In this document: positions 1 through 12,370 of the stretch, piece by piece | Numbering within the stretch: the first letter of the stretch is position 1 | Layout: each line of letters opens with the position of its first letter | Origin: Eledone cirrhosa | Taxonomy: Eukaryota | NCBI GenBank assembly: GCA_964016885.1 | Contig: OZ024746.1 | Coordinates: 76,880,001-76,944,000, forward strand | Length of the DNA stretch: 64,000 nucleotides | Reading direction: 5' to 3' | Translations under genes and position numbers: made by a program | Notes under the pieces: generated by a model | The model's input: only the letters and a program-made list of their open reading frames with translations | Told to the model about the DNA's origin: nothing | The model's database searches: none

Positions 1-94
1 TTTGAGCAAAGTACGGGCCAACTGGCAAGACTTGTATGAGAACATGTACAACCCGTCTAACCCATGCAAGCATAAAAAAAATAGACGTTAAACA

Positions 95-373
<279 letters not shown>

Positions 374-407
374 GTTCTCATCACAAGCATATATTTTATT
401 TGTTTAG

Positions 408-544
408 ATCCTAATCTGGCAGCAAAGGAAGAAGATAAGAGGCCTACTGGACTGCAGAATAAACCAACACCAACAGTGACTCAGACAAAGACCAAGGATG
501 ATGTCTATGAAGAGTTTATGAAAGAAATGAAAAACCTTTTGTAA
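408..544 (+). CDS. WBP11: Last coding exon of a WW-domain-binding protein 11 (WBP11/SIPP1)-like gene
   Basis: Acceptor ttttatttgtttag ends at 407. The frame reads ...[20 protein letters not shown], matching the recalled WBP11 C-terminus TKDDVYEAFMKEMEGLL. TAA is at 542-544. Upstream exons lie outside the window. Confidence 0.8.
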
Positions 545-775
545 ATACCTTTCTGCTGTTGAAAACTTCTTCGGGGGTGGGGGTGTTTTATTTGTTCTTC
601 TTGCGTGTCGTTTGCAAGATTACAGCCTTAGCCTGGGCATTTTGTCTTATATCCAGCATACCTGCCATATCCTGTGGCTATCCTGTACGTTGTCATTATT
701 AGCAACATAAACAACACATCTTAATTAAATTACTGATTGTGATGATAGTGATGATGATATATATTCATATACATA

Positions 776-820
<45 letters not shown>

Positions 821-1691
821 CTCAAACTCATTTAGAATCTGCAACAGAATCGTATGTGGTGAAAGCCTATTACAAAAACAATAGCTCTCACCACATGATC
901 TCATTAGAATTATCTCTTCAAGATTACATGGAGTTCTAACAATGTTATTGGCCCTACTATAAACAGGTAAATACCAGTATATATATATATTTTATTATAT
1001 CATTATTTCACCTCCATTTTTCCATGTTGGTGTGGTTTGAATATGTCATCACTGACCAAGTCAGCGTGCTACTGGCCCATCATTCAGAGGTCAATAACTC
1101 CAATTAAGTACTGAATTGATCTATGATGACCTGTTCAACCCATGTCCACATGGAAGAATGGGATGTTAAATGATGATGATGCTATATGTATTTGTGTAAA
1201 TAGGGAACAGATTTTCTTTTAAACATGTTATATTAAAAAACACAACTGTGTTTAAGTTCCTTCTTTTTCTTTAAGGATTTTTCATATTTCCTTATTTCTA
1301 TTCTGAAGATAAAGCTGTGAAGGTCTGAAAAATATTAATAGACTAATGGATTTGGGAAACTACCATTTCAAACCAAACAAAGATTTAAGGAGGAAATATG
1401 AAAAATCCTTAATATAAAAGATCAAACTTGAACACAGTTGTGTCTTTGATGTAACATCATCATCATCAACATCATCATCATCATCATCATCATCAACATC
1501 ATCATCATCATCATCATCATCGTCATCGTCATCATCGTTGTCATCATCATCATCATCATCATCACTATTTAATGTCTGCCTTCCCTGCTAGCAAGGGTTG
1601 GACAGGTCTTCACAAACCAAGTCAGTACTAGTATGTATGTATGTATGCATGCATGTATGAGTTTATATATATATATACACACACACACATG

Positions 1692-1728
<37 letters not shown>

Positions 1729-2092
1729 GTATGTGTGTATATGCATATCCTGGACGATGAAATTACAGCCTAGTTTGTACAGAACACCTTTATTGAATTG
1801 GTTCTATGACTACACTACATCTGCCTCCCTCTCAACTCTCTTCCTCCTCTCTCTCTCTCTCTACATTTTGTGATCTCGAGTGCATTATGGATTGTCTAAA
1901 CAAACTAAAACTCCTACATTATTGCCATTGATATATATATATATAGGGTGGCGAATTGACAAACTCCTACATTATTGCCATTGATATATATATAGGGTGG
2001 CGAGTTGACAAAATCATTACAGCTTTTGTATTTGTTCTAGCAGTGTGTGCTTCAAGTTCAAATCCTGCTGACGTCAACTTTGCCTTTCAGGT

Positions 2093-2236
2093 GTGTTGTA
2101 GTGAAGTGACATCATAGCTACATCACAGCTAAAGATGTGTTGCAGTGAAGTGACATCATAGCTACATCACAGCTAAAGATGTGTTGCAGTGAAGTGACAT
2201 CATAGCTACATCACAGCTAAAGATGTGTTGCAGTGA
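2093..2236. repeat. 44-bp tandem repeat, about 3.3 copies, interrupting a Nin-domain SINE
   Basis: The unit gtgttgcagtgaagtgacatcatagctacatcacagctaaagat is repeated between gtcaactttgcctttca and gataaa...accagt. Confidence 0.9.
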
Positions 2237-2669
2237 TAAATGAAATACCAGTGAGGATTGGTAGATTGTCAGAATTGTTAAAATCAGACAGAAATGTTTT
2301 GCATTATGTGATCCAGTTCTGTCCATTCTGATTTCAAATCCAGTCTCCTCCTGCTAGTAGTGGCAACTGGCAGTTAGTATTGATGGAAAGCAATGGAGAT
2401 GTAGTTTCCTTGGTTCAATTTGATGAATTGTCTTATTTCTTTATATATATATATATGTATGTGTATATATATATATATATTTGGCTAAAAAAAAAGACAA
2501 AGCTACTTCTTAGTTGCTGTTGCTTTGTTTCTCAGAAGTGTGCACATACATACAAAACTCTCCATGTTATGTTCACCAGAACCTATATCTTGTAGAGAAA
2601 CAAGCAATGGAGAGGAATGCTAATTTGGAGGAGATTTTATTTTTATTTTGTAATTATTTTTGTTATATT

Positions 2670-2675
2670 AATAAA
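2670..2675 (+). terminator. Candidate poly(A) signal of the WBP11-like gene
   Basis: AATAAA followed about 30 nt later by a U/GU-rich tract (tttgttgttttgttttttgg). Confidence 0.35.
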
Positions 2676-3098
2676 AAAAATAACACTTGTATAAATTATT
2701 CATGCTTTGTTGTTTTGTTTTTTGGATTATGTTGTTTTTCTTTCTTTCATTTTATTGATATTTGTTTTTCTTCACACTGTAGCAATTTATGGTGGTGTGT
2801 GAGAGACCATGTGGCCTATTGGTTAGAGTGTTGGATTCACAATCAAAAGATGATGAGTTCAATTCCTTGAATCGACAGCATGTTTTGCTATTGAGCAAAA
2901 TACTTTATTTCATGTTTCTCCTTCAGCCAAGAGTTGTGCCTGGCAGATAGTATTAGCATTGGTTCCTTGGCCCAGTCTGATGATTGCCTTATTTTCTTTC
3001 CTAGAATCTATTAGAAAAAGGAACTTAGTTTTCATTTAACCCTTTAGCAATCACGTTACTGTATATTTACTATTGTATTTTTTGGCAAACGGAGCTCC

Positions 3099-3134
<36 letters not shown>

Positions 3135-3356
3135 GAAGGCTATTTACTTAGGTAAGTTTTATAAGCCATATTTGTACGTCTCTGAGACAGCCAGTGTGAA
3201 TGCATTTGAATGAAGAAAATAAATAAAAGAAGCTTGTCAACAAATTCCCTAGGGAGATAAAAGAACAATGAAAGAAATCAAAGAAAATGAAAATAAAGAG
3301 CACTTCAACTTTGACAACAGTTACAAGAACAACAGAAACGACAAGAAAAAGAAGCA

Positions 3357-6263
3357 ATGGTGATGAAAGGTGTGGGTGTATTTATATACATGCATACAAG
3401 AGTGAACGACAGAATAATTAAAATAAGACTTGTCCTCAATAGAACTACGGTGACAGTGATATCTGCGTACGCACCCCAATCCGGACTGCCCGGTGCTATA
3501 AAAGACAGATTCTATGAGACACTGATGCTCGCTACCTCCCAAATAACCGACAGTGACTATATAATTATTGCAGGCGACCTAAATGGTCACGGACAACATT
3601 GTGACGGCTATGACGGAATCCATGGAGGCTATGGGTTCGGTACTAGAAATGGGGAAGGCTCCAGAATCCTGGAATTCTGTGACGCAAATAACCTAACTAT
3701 CTGTAACACTAACTTCAAAAAACGAGACAATCACTTGATCACCTATAGATCGGGGGAACACACAAGCCAGGTAGATTATATCCTTACCAGGAGACGTGAC
3801 AGAGTGTCTGTTGTTAACACTAAATTCCTCCCCCATGAAGAATGCACCTCCCAACATAGACTGATAATTAGCGACCTCATAGTCAGGACGAGACGTACTA
3901 GACAGCAGAAGAGGACTATCCTCAGGAGAAAAATATGGAAGCTAAAGGACCCCATAGCCAGAAATAAATTTCAAAGCATATTACTTGATGCTTTCGACAG
4001 TAAGGAAGAGCAATTAGAGTCGTATAATATAGAGGAACAGTGGGAATTCCTGAAAACAAACCTGCTGACGGCGGCAGATGAAGTCTGTGGCTGGAGCAGG
4101 CCTGTAGGTAGGAGGAGAGTAACATGGTGGTGGAACAGTAAGGTGGAGGAGTCAATTAAGGCCAAAAAGCAGGCTTGGAAAGTATGGCGGGATGGGGGAA
4201 GTAGAGAAGACTATCAAGTGGCCAGGAGGGAAGCTAGGAGACAAGTGTACTTCGCAAGAAGGGAAGCAGAGGAAAGAAAATTCAAGCATGTTCTACAACG
4301 TGAGGACCAAAAACGTGAGGTGTTCAGGATTGCTAGGCAATGTGTCAAGGAAAACCGTGATATTGTCGGGGAGAAGTGTGTACTTAATGATGATGGCGTA
4401 CTTGCCATCACTGACGCTGATAAGAAGGTAGCTTGGAAGTGTCACTACGAAAGGCTTCTAAATGAGGAGAACAAATGGGAGAAAGACAGTCTCCCCCACA
4501 TCGACCCAATAGAGGGACCAGCAGTGTTAGTCGAAGGTAGTATAATAAGTAAGGCAATCAAAGATATGAAGACAGGTAAGGCGGCTGGGCCTTCGGAAAT
4601 AGTTGCTGAGATGCTGAAAGCCTCTGGAACGGTGGGACACACCATGGTCACCCGGATAGTAAACCAAGTCATACAGAATGGGGTTGTTCCGAAGGACTGG
4701 CATAGCAGCATCATCATTAACTGTTTCAAGGGTAAAGGAGATGCCCTAGATAGGTGTAACTATAGAGGCATTAAATTAATCGACCAGGTCATGAAGGTCA
4801 CGGAAAAAGTAATAGCGCAACTAATCAGAGAGAGAATTGATCTAGATGAAATGCAGTTCGGGTTTGTGTCAGGCAAAAGTACCACAGACGCTCTTTTCAT
4901 TGTACGACAACTACAGGAGAAGTACCTAGCTAAAAGTAAACCCCTATACTTAGCTTTTGTTGACTTGGAGAAAGCCTTCGACAGAGTCACCCGTTCCATT
5001 ATCTGGTGGGCTCTTAGAAAACTAGGTGTTGACGAATGGCTTGTGAGAGCTATACAAGCCATGTATAAAGAAACAGTCAGCAAGGTTAGAATTAACAACG
5101 AATATAGTGAAGAGTTTAGCGTAAAAGTTGGTGTCCATCAGGGCTCTGTTCTTAGCCCCCTACTATTTATTATTGCCCTTCAGGCTATAACAGAGGAGTT
5201 CAAGACCGGCTGCCCATGGGAACTCCTATACGCAGATGATCTAACGCTCATAGCTGAATCAATGACCGAGCTAGAGAAGAAATTCCAAACATGGAAGCAC
5301 GGCCTAGAATCAAAAGGCCTTAAAATTAACCTGGCTAAGACTAAAGTTCTAGTTTGTAGGAAAGAAAATAAGGCGGCGGTCCCTTCCGGGAAATGGCCAT
5401 GCTCAGTGTGTAAGAAAGGCGTAGGTAGAAACTCCATTTTATGTCCCAAATGCAAAGTATGGGTGCATAAAAGATGTAGTGGGATCACAGGTAAGCTAAC
5501 TAAGAACATAGATTTTACATGTGGCCGGTGCTCTGGTGCAATAAGTAGCAGCAAGTGCCCACAATATACTAGTTCCTTCAATTGCGCAGAGGGTTCTATA
5601 GAAATAGTGGACAGCTTCCATTACCTGGGTGACAAAATCAGCAGTGGGGGAGGGTGCTCTGAAAGTACAGTAGCTAGAGTCAGAACTGGATGGAAAAAGT
5701 TCAGAGAGCTTATACCACTATTAGCCGCTAAAGGGTTCTCCCTAAAAATGAAAGGCAGGTTATACGATGCCTGCATACGAACAGCAATGCTGCATGGCAG
5801 TGAGACCTGGGCATTGTGTGCAGAGGATATACGCAGACTAGAGAGGAATGAAGCTTGCATGCTCCGCTGGATGTGCAATAGTAATATACGTGAACGGCAA
5901 AGCATAAACAAACTAAGGAAAAAATTAGAAATAAGAGGGATCAGATGTTGTTTACTCGAGAGAAGGCTATGTTGGTATGGTCTGTGATGCGCATGAAAGA
6001 CGACAGCTGTATAACAAAGTGCAGGGCAATAAAGATAGACGGTAGCCACGGAGTAGGCAGACCCAGAAAAACCTGGGACGACATGATAAATTCCGACCTC
6101 ACATGCTTACACCTCTCCAAGACAATGTCACTGGACCGAGACCTTTGGCGGTACTCAGTAATAGAGAAGACCCGCCTTACCTAAATACAAAGTAAAACCT
6201 ACTACAGTCAGTAGGCATCTCTATCAAAACACGGACGTTAAACGTTGATGATGATGATGATGA
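3357..6263 (+). mobile_element. RTE-clade non-LTR retrotransposon, 5'-truncated; APE endonuclease, RT and PHD finger; one frameshift near 5982
   Basis: The 876-aa ORF has APE motifs (SAYAP, GDLNGH, SQVDYIL, SQHRL) and RT motifs (QFGF, DLEKAFD, HQGSVLSP, YADD, FHYLG). The C-terminus continues in another frame (GRPRKTW). It ends ggacgttaaacg(t)(tga)n. Confidence 0.95.
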
Positions 6264-6696
6264 CAATCATACACACATGCATACGCACATACATACATAC
6301 ACATATATACACACACAGGCCGGTGTTGGTGTTTGATGAGGTTGAGAACCTGGTCAGCTTTCAGCCAGAGCTGTTGTATTTAATCTCCCTAGGTAATAAA
6401 ATCTGGAGACAAAATTTTCTCCTTACGCAAAAAAACAAATCATGTCAACATCCTTACACACTTAAATATAAATGCATGTATATATACAAATGTATAAATG
6501 CATAGCTATATACTATGTAGATTTATATATATATATATATATATATATTATACACACACACACATATATATATATTTTCTTTTTTCAGTCTGGTCTACCT
6601 CTGGATAGAACTCAATGTAATCTTGTAAAATCCATAGAGAAATTCTGATGCTCCAGCATAGGCGTAGTCCAGAGACAGAAAAAAAGTAAATCATCA

Positions 6697-6744
<48 letters not shown>

Positions 6745-6747
6745 AGA

Positions 6748-7149
6748 AGAGGGATCTCAAACTGAAGGACAAGGGCCATTACGTCCCTGCAGGAGAAGCA
6801 CAGTGGGCCAAATGTGGTGGTGGATGATGATTTTCACCAGTTATAATCATTTCTACTATAAGCACAAGGCATGAAATTTAGGGTTTAGGGTCCCGTCGAT
6901 TACATCAAATCTAGTTCACAACATGTACTTAATTTATCGACCCCAAAAGGATGAAAGGCAAAGTTGAGATCGGCGGAATTTGAACTCAGAACATAAAAAC
7001 GGAAGAACTACTGTTAAGCATTTTGCCAGATGTGCTAACGATTCCACCAGCTCACCGCCTTATTTTCACCAGTTATAATGGAATCTGAAATATTGGTTCT
7101 ACTACGGGCCATAGAAAAGTAGTTCGCAGGCCGCATGTTTGAGCCCCTG
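6748..7149. mobile_element. hAT-like MITE interrupted by a Nin-domain SINE (6848-7061, -)
   Basis: Ends are agggatctcaaac and gtttgagcccctg. The SINE is flanked by an 18-bp TSD attttcaccagttataat (6830-6847 and 7062-7079). Confidence 0.7.
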
Positions 7150-7225
7150 TTGGAGAGGTAGATAGATAGATGTGTACCAAACACACACATTTCTTACTCT
7201 CATTTTATCTCCCTCTCTCTCTCTC

Positions 7226-7273
<48 letters not shown>

Positions 7274-8046
7274 TGTTATTTGACGTTGAAAAGAGCAGTG
7301 GCCTTTGACCCCCGCAATAAAAACTGGAGACAAAATTCTTTCTGTACCAAAAACAAGGCACACACAGACACACGTTTGTTTGTGTGTGTGTGTTAGTGTG
7401 CACGTGCGTGTGTATGTGTGTATCTATCTATGTATATATATATATAAGGGATACAGATATTGTTTGTTCACTGTCACCAAGCATCTCAATTCATTCGTTG
7501 CAACTTAGTTTGTGATCGAGGCATTTTATTTTGCAAGGTACTATTTTTCCCTTGAGTTTGTGATTCAAGAGAAAGGTAAGAATTTCTTCATATTTTGCAT
7601 CTCTTGTATTTTGACTTTACAGTTTGAATTGTAGAATTGTCTATCCACTCAAAATATTACAATAGCTAACAGTGAAATAAAGAATTAAAAAAAAAGCTTT
7701 TTCGACTGAGATCAAATCTTTGAGAACATTCACGTCTATTTTTTTTAAATATTTAATTTGAAATAACTTGCTTTTGTTTTGGACTGAAACTTTTTTGTAT
7801 TTTGTATGAGTATTTTTTAAAGATTCTAACAACTTGATTTGGCCCAGTAATCTACTGATATTAAAATCAGTAGTATATTGAAAAATGGAAAAATATGGTA
7901 GGGTGCGTTTCGTGATTTTGAGGGGCGTTTGGCCGTAATGGGTTGAGAACCTTTGAAGTAGACTGATCAAAAGCATTCCAGTTACGACGATCTCTTACAT
8001 CTTATTGTATCTAAGACTACACTATCCAATGTACCTTTTCTTTTAA

Positions 8047-8267
8047 CCCTTTAGCATTTACATTATTTTATATATATTATTGTATTTTCACAGTAAAGGC
8101 TTTATCTTTCATAATTATCTCACATAATATCTAATCTACGAGATTTTGATGTTATTTATTTTGAGAACAATACTTTAACATCAGTATGAGCAGCCAGTTA
8201 CAGCCGGTTTGAATAGAAAGAGGTGAGAGAGTTCTGGCCAGATACAGCTGGTTTAAATGCTAAAGGG
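8047..8267. mobile_element. piggyBac-type MITE (same family as 33499-33703)
   Basis: TIRs are ccctttagcattta and taaatgctaaaggg. The left flank is TTAA and the right flank is TTGA. Confidence 0.8.
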
Positions 8268-9964
8268 TTGAAGAAGATAGAAAGTGATTTGAAGGAAATT
8301 TAGCTGTTCTTTCTGAAGTGACCATGTAGATGCTGCCTCATTGACTCATTTAATATTGTTTTATGTTTTGTTTTTTTCCCCCATACTGAAATGATTATTC
8401 CTTTCCCTAGTATATTGCTAATGAAAGACATTACTTAGCATTTCCAACTGCTTTTGAAAATAGTCGAGAATTTGGAGGGGTTTAGTAAAATGAATTAACT
8501 TTCTCATTATCAAGCAGGTATTTAATTTTGGACATTACATTTTCTAACATAAAATAATAATGGAAAGTTTAAATTTAAATTTGAACACTTTAAAACAATT
8601 GGCTTTGTATCATAGAACTAGGAGCAGTTTCAGACAGTTTGGTTATCAGAAGGTGTTAACACTGTTATTACCATATTTCTAATGAAATACACTGTATTTT
8701 AGTGAATTAATGAAGAAATTGGAAGAGTTTATTAATTTCTTTTTTGTTATTTCAGTATCTAGATTTACTAAATTTCATTATTAAGATGGAATTTGTAACA
8801 TAACCTAACAAAATGCTCTTACATCAAATTTTACTGGAACATTATAATTTAAATATGAACCTTTTAAAATGTGTGGTTTTGTTTCATAGAACCAGAAGCA
8901 GTTTTGAACAGGTTGGTATAAGAAGGGTTGAAAATGTTTTACAATGCATCATGGATGTATTGACATGTAACCAATACTGATGATAACTGGAAGAAGAACA
9001 GCTAAATGAAATATGATGGAATCTCTTCCAATTTTTATCTTGCAACTTACAACAGCTGATTGATAAGAAGATCATCAAGGACCAAGAGATGTGGAGAGCA
9101 GCATTGTTAGAAACTCGGTACCTGTAACAAATGTTTGAGTTCGAAACAACAGAAAAGTATGCTAATGAAATGAATGTGCAAATGGCTGACCATTCCACTC
9201 ACTCATGTACTCATAATTCTCAGCACAACACAGTATGTGACAAGGTTGACCCGTTGAACTTTAACTACAGGTACAACTCACTTTTGCCAACTGGGTGAAC
9301 TGGAGCAACATGAAATAATTTTGCTCAAGGACACGATATCCTGCTGAGAATTGAACACAACCATATGATCAAGATTCGAACACCCTAACTACTAAGCCAC
9401 ATGCCTTCACCGTGAGCAACATTAGATTTCATACATATGAAGGTGTGTGGCTAAGTGGTTAGGGTGTTGGACTCACAGTGATAAGGTTGTGGGTTTGATA
9501 CCTGGACTGACTAGCGCATTTTGTTCTTGAGTAAGATGCTTTGCTTCACAGAAGAAAAAAAAGAGTAGTAGCAGCTTGGAGTTAATCCCTGCAATAGACA
9601 GGAATCTAGCCCAGAGAAGAGTATTTTCAAGATAAGACTGGGTCTCCTATCATTAAAACACCTGACAGATGCAACCTCGTAGGAGGCCAGCTAAACCTAC
9701 AAAGGTGTGAACTGTAACAACACACATAGGATAGAATTGAGGACCTTATCATTAAAAAAACCTAAAAAATCGATGAGATGCAACCTTGTAGGAAGCCAGC
9801 TAAACCTACATGTATGTGAGCTGTAACAACACACTCAGGTACAGGATGTATTGTTTATAGACAACATAAACAGATATCTCTGTTGGCTTTTTTAAAATGG
9901 TATTTCTCAACCACACTTGCACCTGTGAATATATATACACGTGTTTGTGTTTACATACATATAT

Positions 9965-12370
9965 AATCCTCATCATCATCATCATCATCATCATCATAGT
10001 TTTTATGTTCGTTTTCCATGCTTGCATGGGTTGGATGGGTCCTTCTCAGCATGGCATCTCTCCACTCATCACGTTCCTTTGTCATCTCTGTCAGTCTCAC
10101 CATTTTGAGGTTAGCTCTCACCACCTCTGTCCAGGTCTTTCTTGGTCTACTGTTACTGTGGTTTCCTTCCACTGGTATTTGTTGACACTTCTTCACCCAT
10201 CGATCATCATCCATGCGCATCACATGTCTGTATCAATGTAGTCTTCTCTTATGCACACCACTTTGGATTCCTCTTAAACCCAGCTTCTCTTTCAGTTCAT
10301 CCAAGCTCTGCCCATCTCTCACATTTACATTGCACATGCAATGAAGTATGGCTGCTTCATTTCTCTCCAGTCTACACATGTCCTCTGCAGTCACTGACCA
10401 TGTTTCACTACTATGCAGCATCGCACTTCACACAAAGGCATCATACAGTTGTCCTTTTGTACGTAAGCGTGGAAAATGGACGTTAAACGAAGATGATGAT
10501 GATGAGAGAAACCTTTCATTGTCAACAGTGGGAGTAGCTCTCTAAATTTTTTCCATTCTATCCTTATTCTAGCTATTATGTTCTCAGAACACCCCCTCTG
10601 ATACTAATTAAGTCACCTAGATAACTGAAGCTATCAACCACTTCTATGGACCCTTCTTGTGACCTGGAGAGGTTTCTATCATTGATGGAGGCACATGGCT
10701 TAGTGGTGAGAGCATTGGCCTTGCAATCAAAAGGTTGTGAGTTCAATTCTCAGACCGGGTGATGTGTTGTTTCCTTGAGCAAGAGACTTTATTTCACATT
10801 GCTCCAGTTTACTCAGCTGTAGAAATGAGATGATAGGGACTGGGGTCTCTATCATTCCACTGCAAAGTGGTCGTGGGGGTGCCACGGCAAAAAACCACCC
10901 AGCACTCACTGTAAATGAGGTTGGTGTTAGGAAGGGCATCCAGCTGTAGAAATCATGCCAGAATCAGTTCCCGTCCCACCCTTGCAAGCAGGGAAAAGCG
11001 GACGTAAAATGAAATGATGATGCTCTTCCCCTTGATTACTCCAGTGCATCTACATACAAAGTCTTCCTTTCCTGTTAGACCACCCATTATCCCACTACAT
11101 CTCTTGTGTACCCAAGATTTACGATGTGTACGTCATATGAAGTTTATGCCTATTCCTTTTCTACATATTGAGCAGGGCCATTCCCCGAAGGAAGCAGAGT
11201 CCTATCTGCTTTCCTATTCACTAGTACTTTAGTTCTTGCTCAATTTACTGACTTTTTGATTTTGTTTCCATAGTCAGAACTTATTTTCTAGTTTTTTTTA
11301 TGGATTTGGCTATAAGGACCAAACCATCTGCATAGAGAATAAGGACAGCAAGTTTTAAACTCCTCTGTTATGTCCTGGAGAACTACGATCAACAGCGGTG
11401 GGCTGAGAACCAAACCTTGATGAACGCCGACCTGTACCTTCAATTCTTCACTAAACTCACTTCCTACACTCATTTTACTGACAGCTCCTCTGTACATGGC
11501 TTACAATCCATTCTTCTACACCTAATTTCCTTAAAGACCACCAGATTATAGATCAAGGTTCTCTGTCTAAGGCCTTTTCTAGATCAACAAAAGCTAAATA
11601 TTATGGCTTATTCTTGGCCCTATAACTATCAACTTCAAAAGCTGGTCCTTCTTTTGGGTAAGTTGTGGGTAGTCTCTCTTCCTCCCATTCATCAATCTTT
11701 CATAGTAACATTTCCAGGCCTCTTTCTTTTGGGCATCAGTGGTGCTAAGTGCACCAGCATCATTTCTAACACATTTTCCCCCATCATCATCACGATTTAC
11801 ACTGACACATTGTCTTATAGTGCAGAATACTTCACGTTTCTGATTCTCATGTCTCAAGACATTGGCAAACTTTCTTTTTTCAGCCACTCTTTGAGCTATG
11901 TATACCTGTCATCTAGCTTCTCTCTTAGCTCCCTGGTACTGGTCTCTGCTTTCAATCTTTCCATGCCTGTTTCTTGACTTTAATGGCTTTCTCTCCACTG
12001 TGCTCTTCCACCACCAGGTTACCCTCTGTCAGGCTGGTGCTTTACTCTAGCCACAAGTTTCGTCAGTAATTTTCAAAAGGTTGTCACATAGGAACAGTTG
12101 TCCTCTATGTTATATGTACCTGGCTCATCAACCCTCTCATCTAATGTACTCCATAAGGTCTTTATAAACCTATATTTAACTGAAAGTTCTTTAGCTTCCT
12201 AACCCTCCGTCTCCATCTTTCCCTGTGTATCTTGTTCTGTCATGTTTTTATTTTGATGTCACAAATAACCAACTTGTATTTATGGTGGAGTCTTCCCCAG
12301 GGAAGGCCTTAGTGTTTATTATAGTCCGTAATATTTATTACAAGTAATCAATTTGGCTTGTGTGTTTGCC
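9965..12370 (-). mobile_element. Decayed RTE copy (3' end with (CAT)n tail through RT and EN remnants), with nested insertions
   Basis: Minus-strand fragments HSSETW, RPRKTW, VGVHQGLVLSP and EKRKFANVLR are homologous to the 3357-6263 element. Confidence 0.9.
10687..11022 (+). mobile_element. tRNA-derived V/Meta-domain-like SINE carrying an RTE 3' tail
   Basis: A box tggcttagtgg, B box gagttcaattct and core ccttgagcaagagactttatttcac. The tail (aggaagggcatccagctgtagaaa...ggacgtaaaa...tgatgatg) is shared with the RTE 3' UTR at 21700-21964. Related copies lie near 2795, 9190, 9438, 27790, 31680, 34100, 35760, 38770, 48080, 52090 and 57882. Confidence 0.8.

Noticed and set aside
3287-3370. Possible short exon ending at gaaag|gtgtgg, and a donor-like aag|gtaaga at about 7575
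   Set aside because: There is no recognisable protein and no consistent exon chain. It cannot be supported without RNA data.
3388-6285. acatgcatac as a TSD of the long RTE
   Set aside because: The 3' copy is not adjacent to the tail and lies in low-complexity CA/TA sequence.
9055-9128. Possible exon LIDKKIIKDQEMWRAALLETRYL after an acceptor-like cag
   Set aside because: It resembles the decayed RTE C-terminus (compare MSLDRDLWRYSVIEKTRL).
10687-10765. tRNA genes at A/B-box-containing sequences
   Set aside because: They lack complete cloverleaves and continue into SINE core domains, so they are SINE heads.
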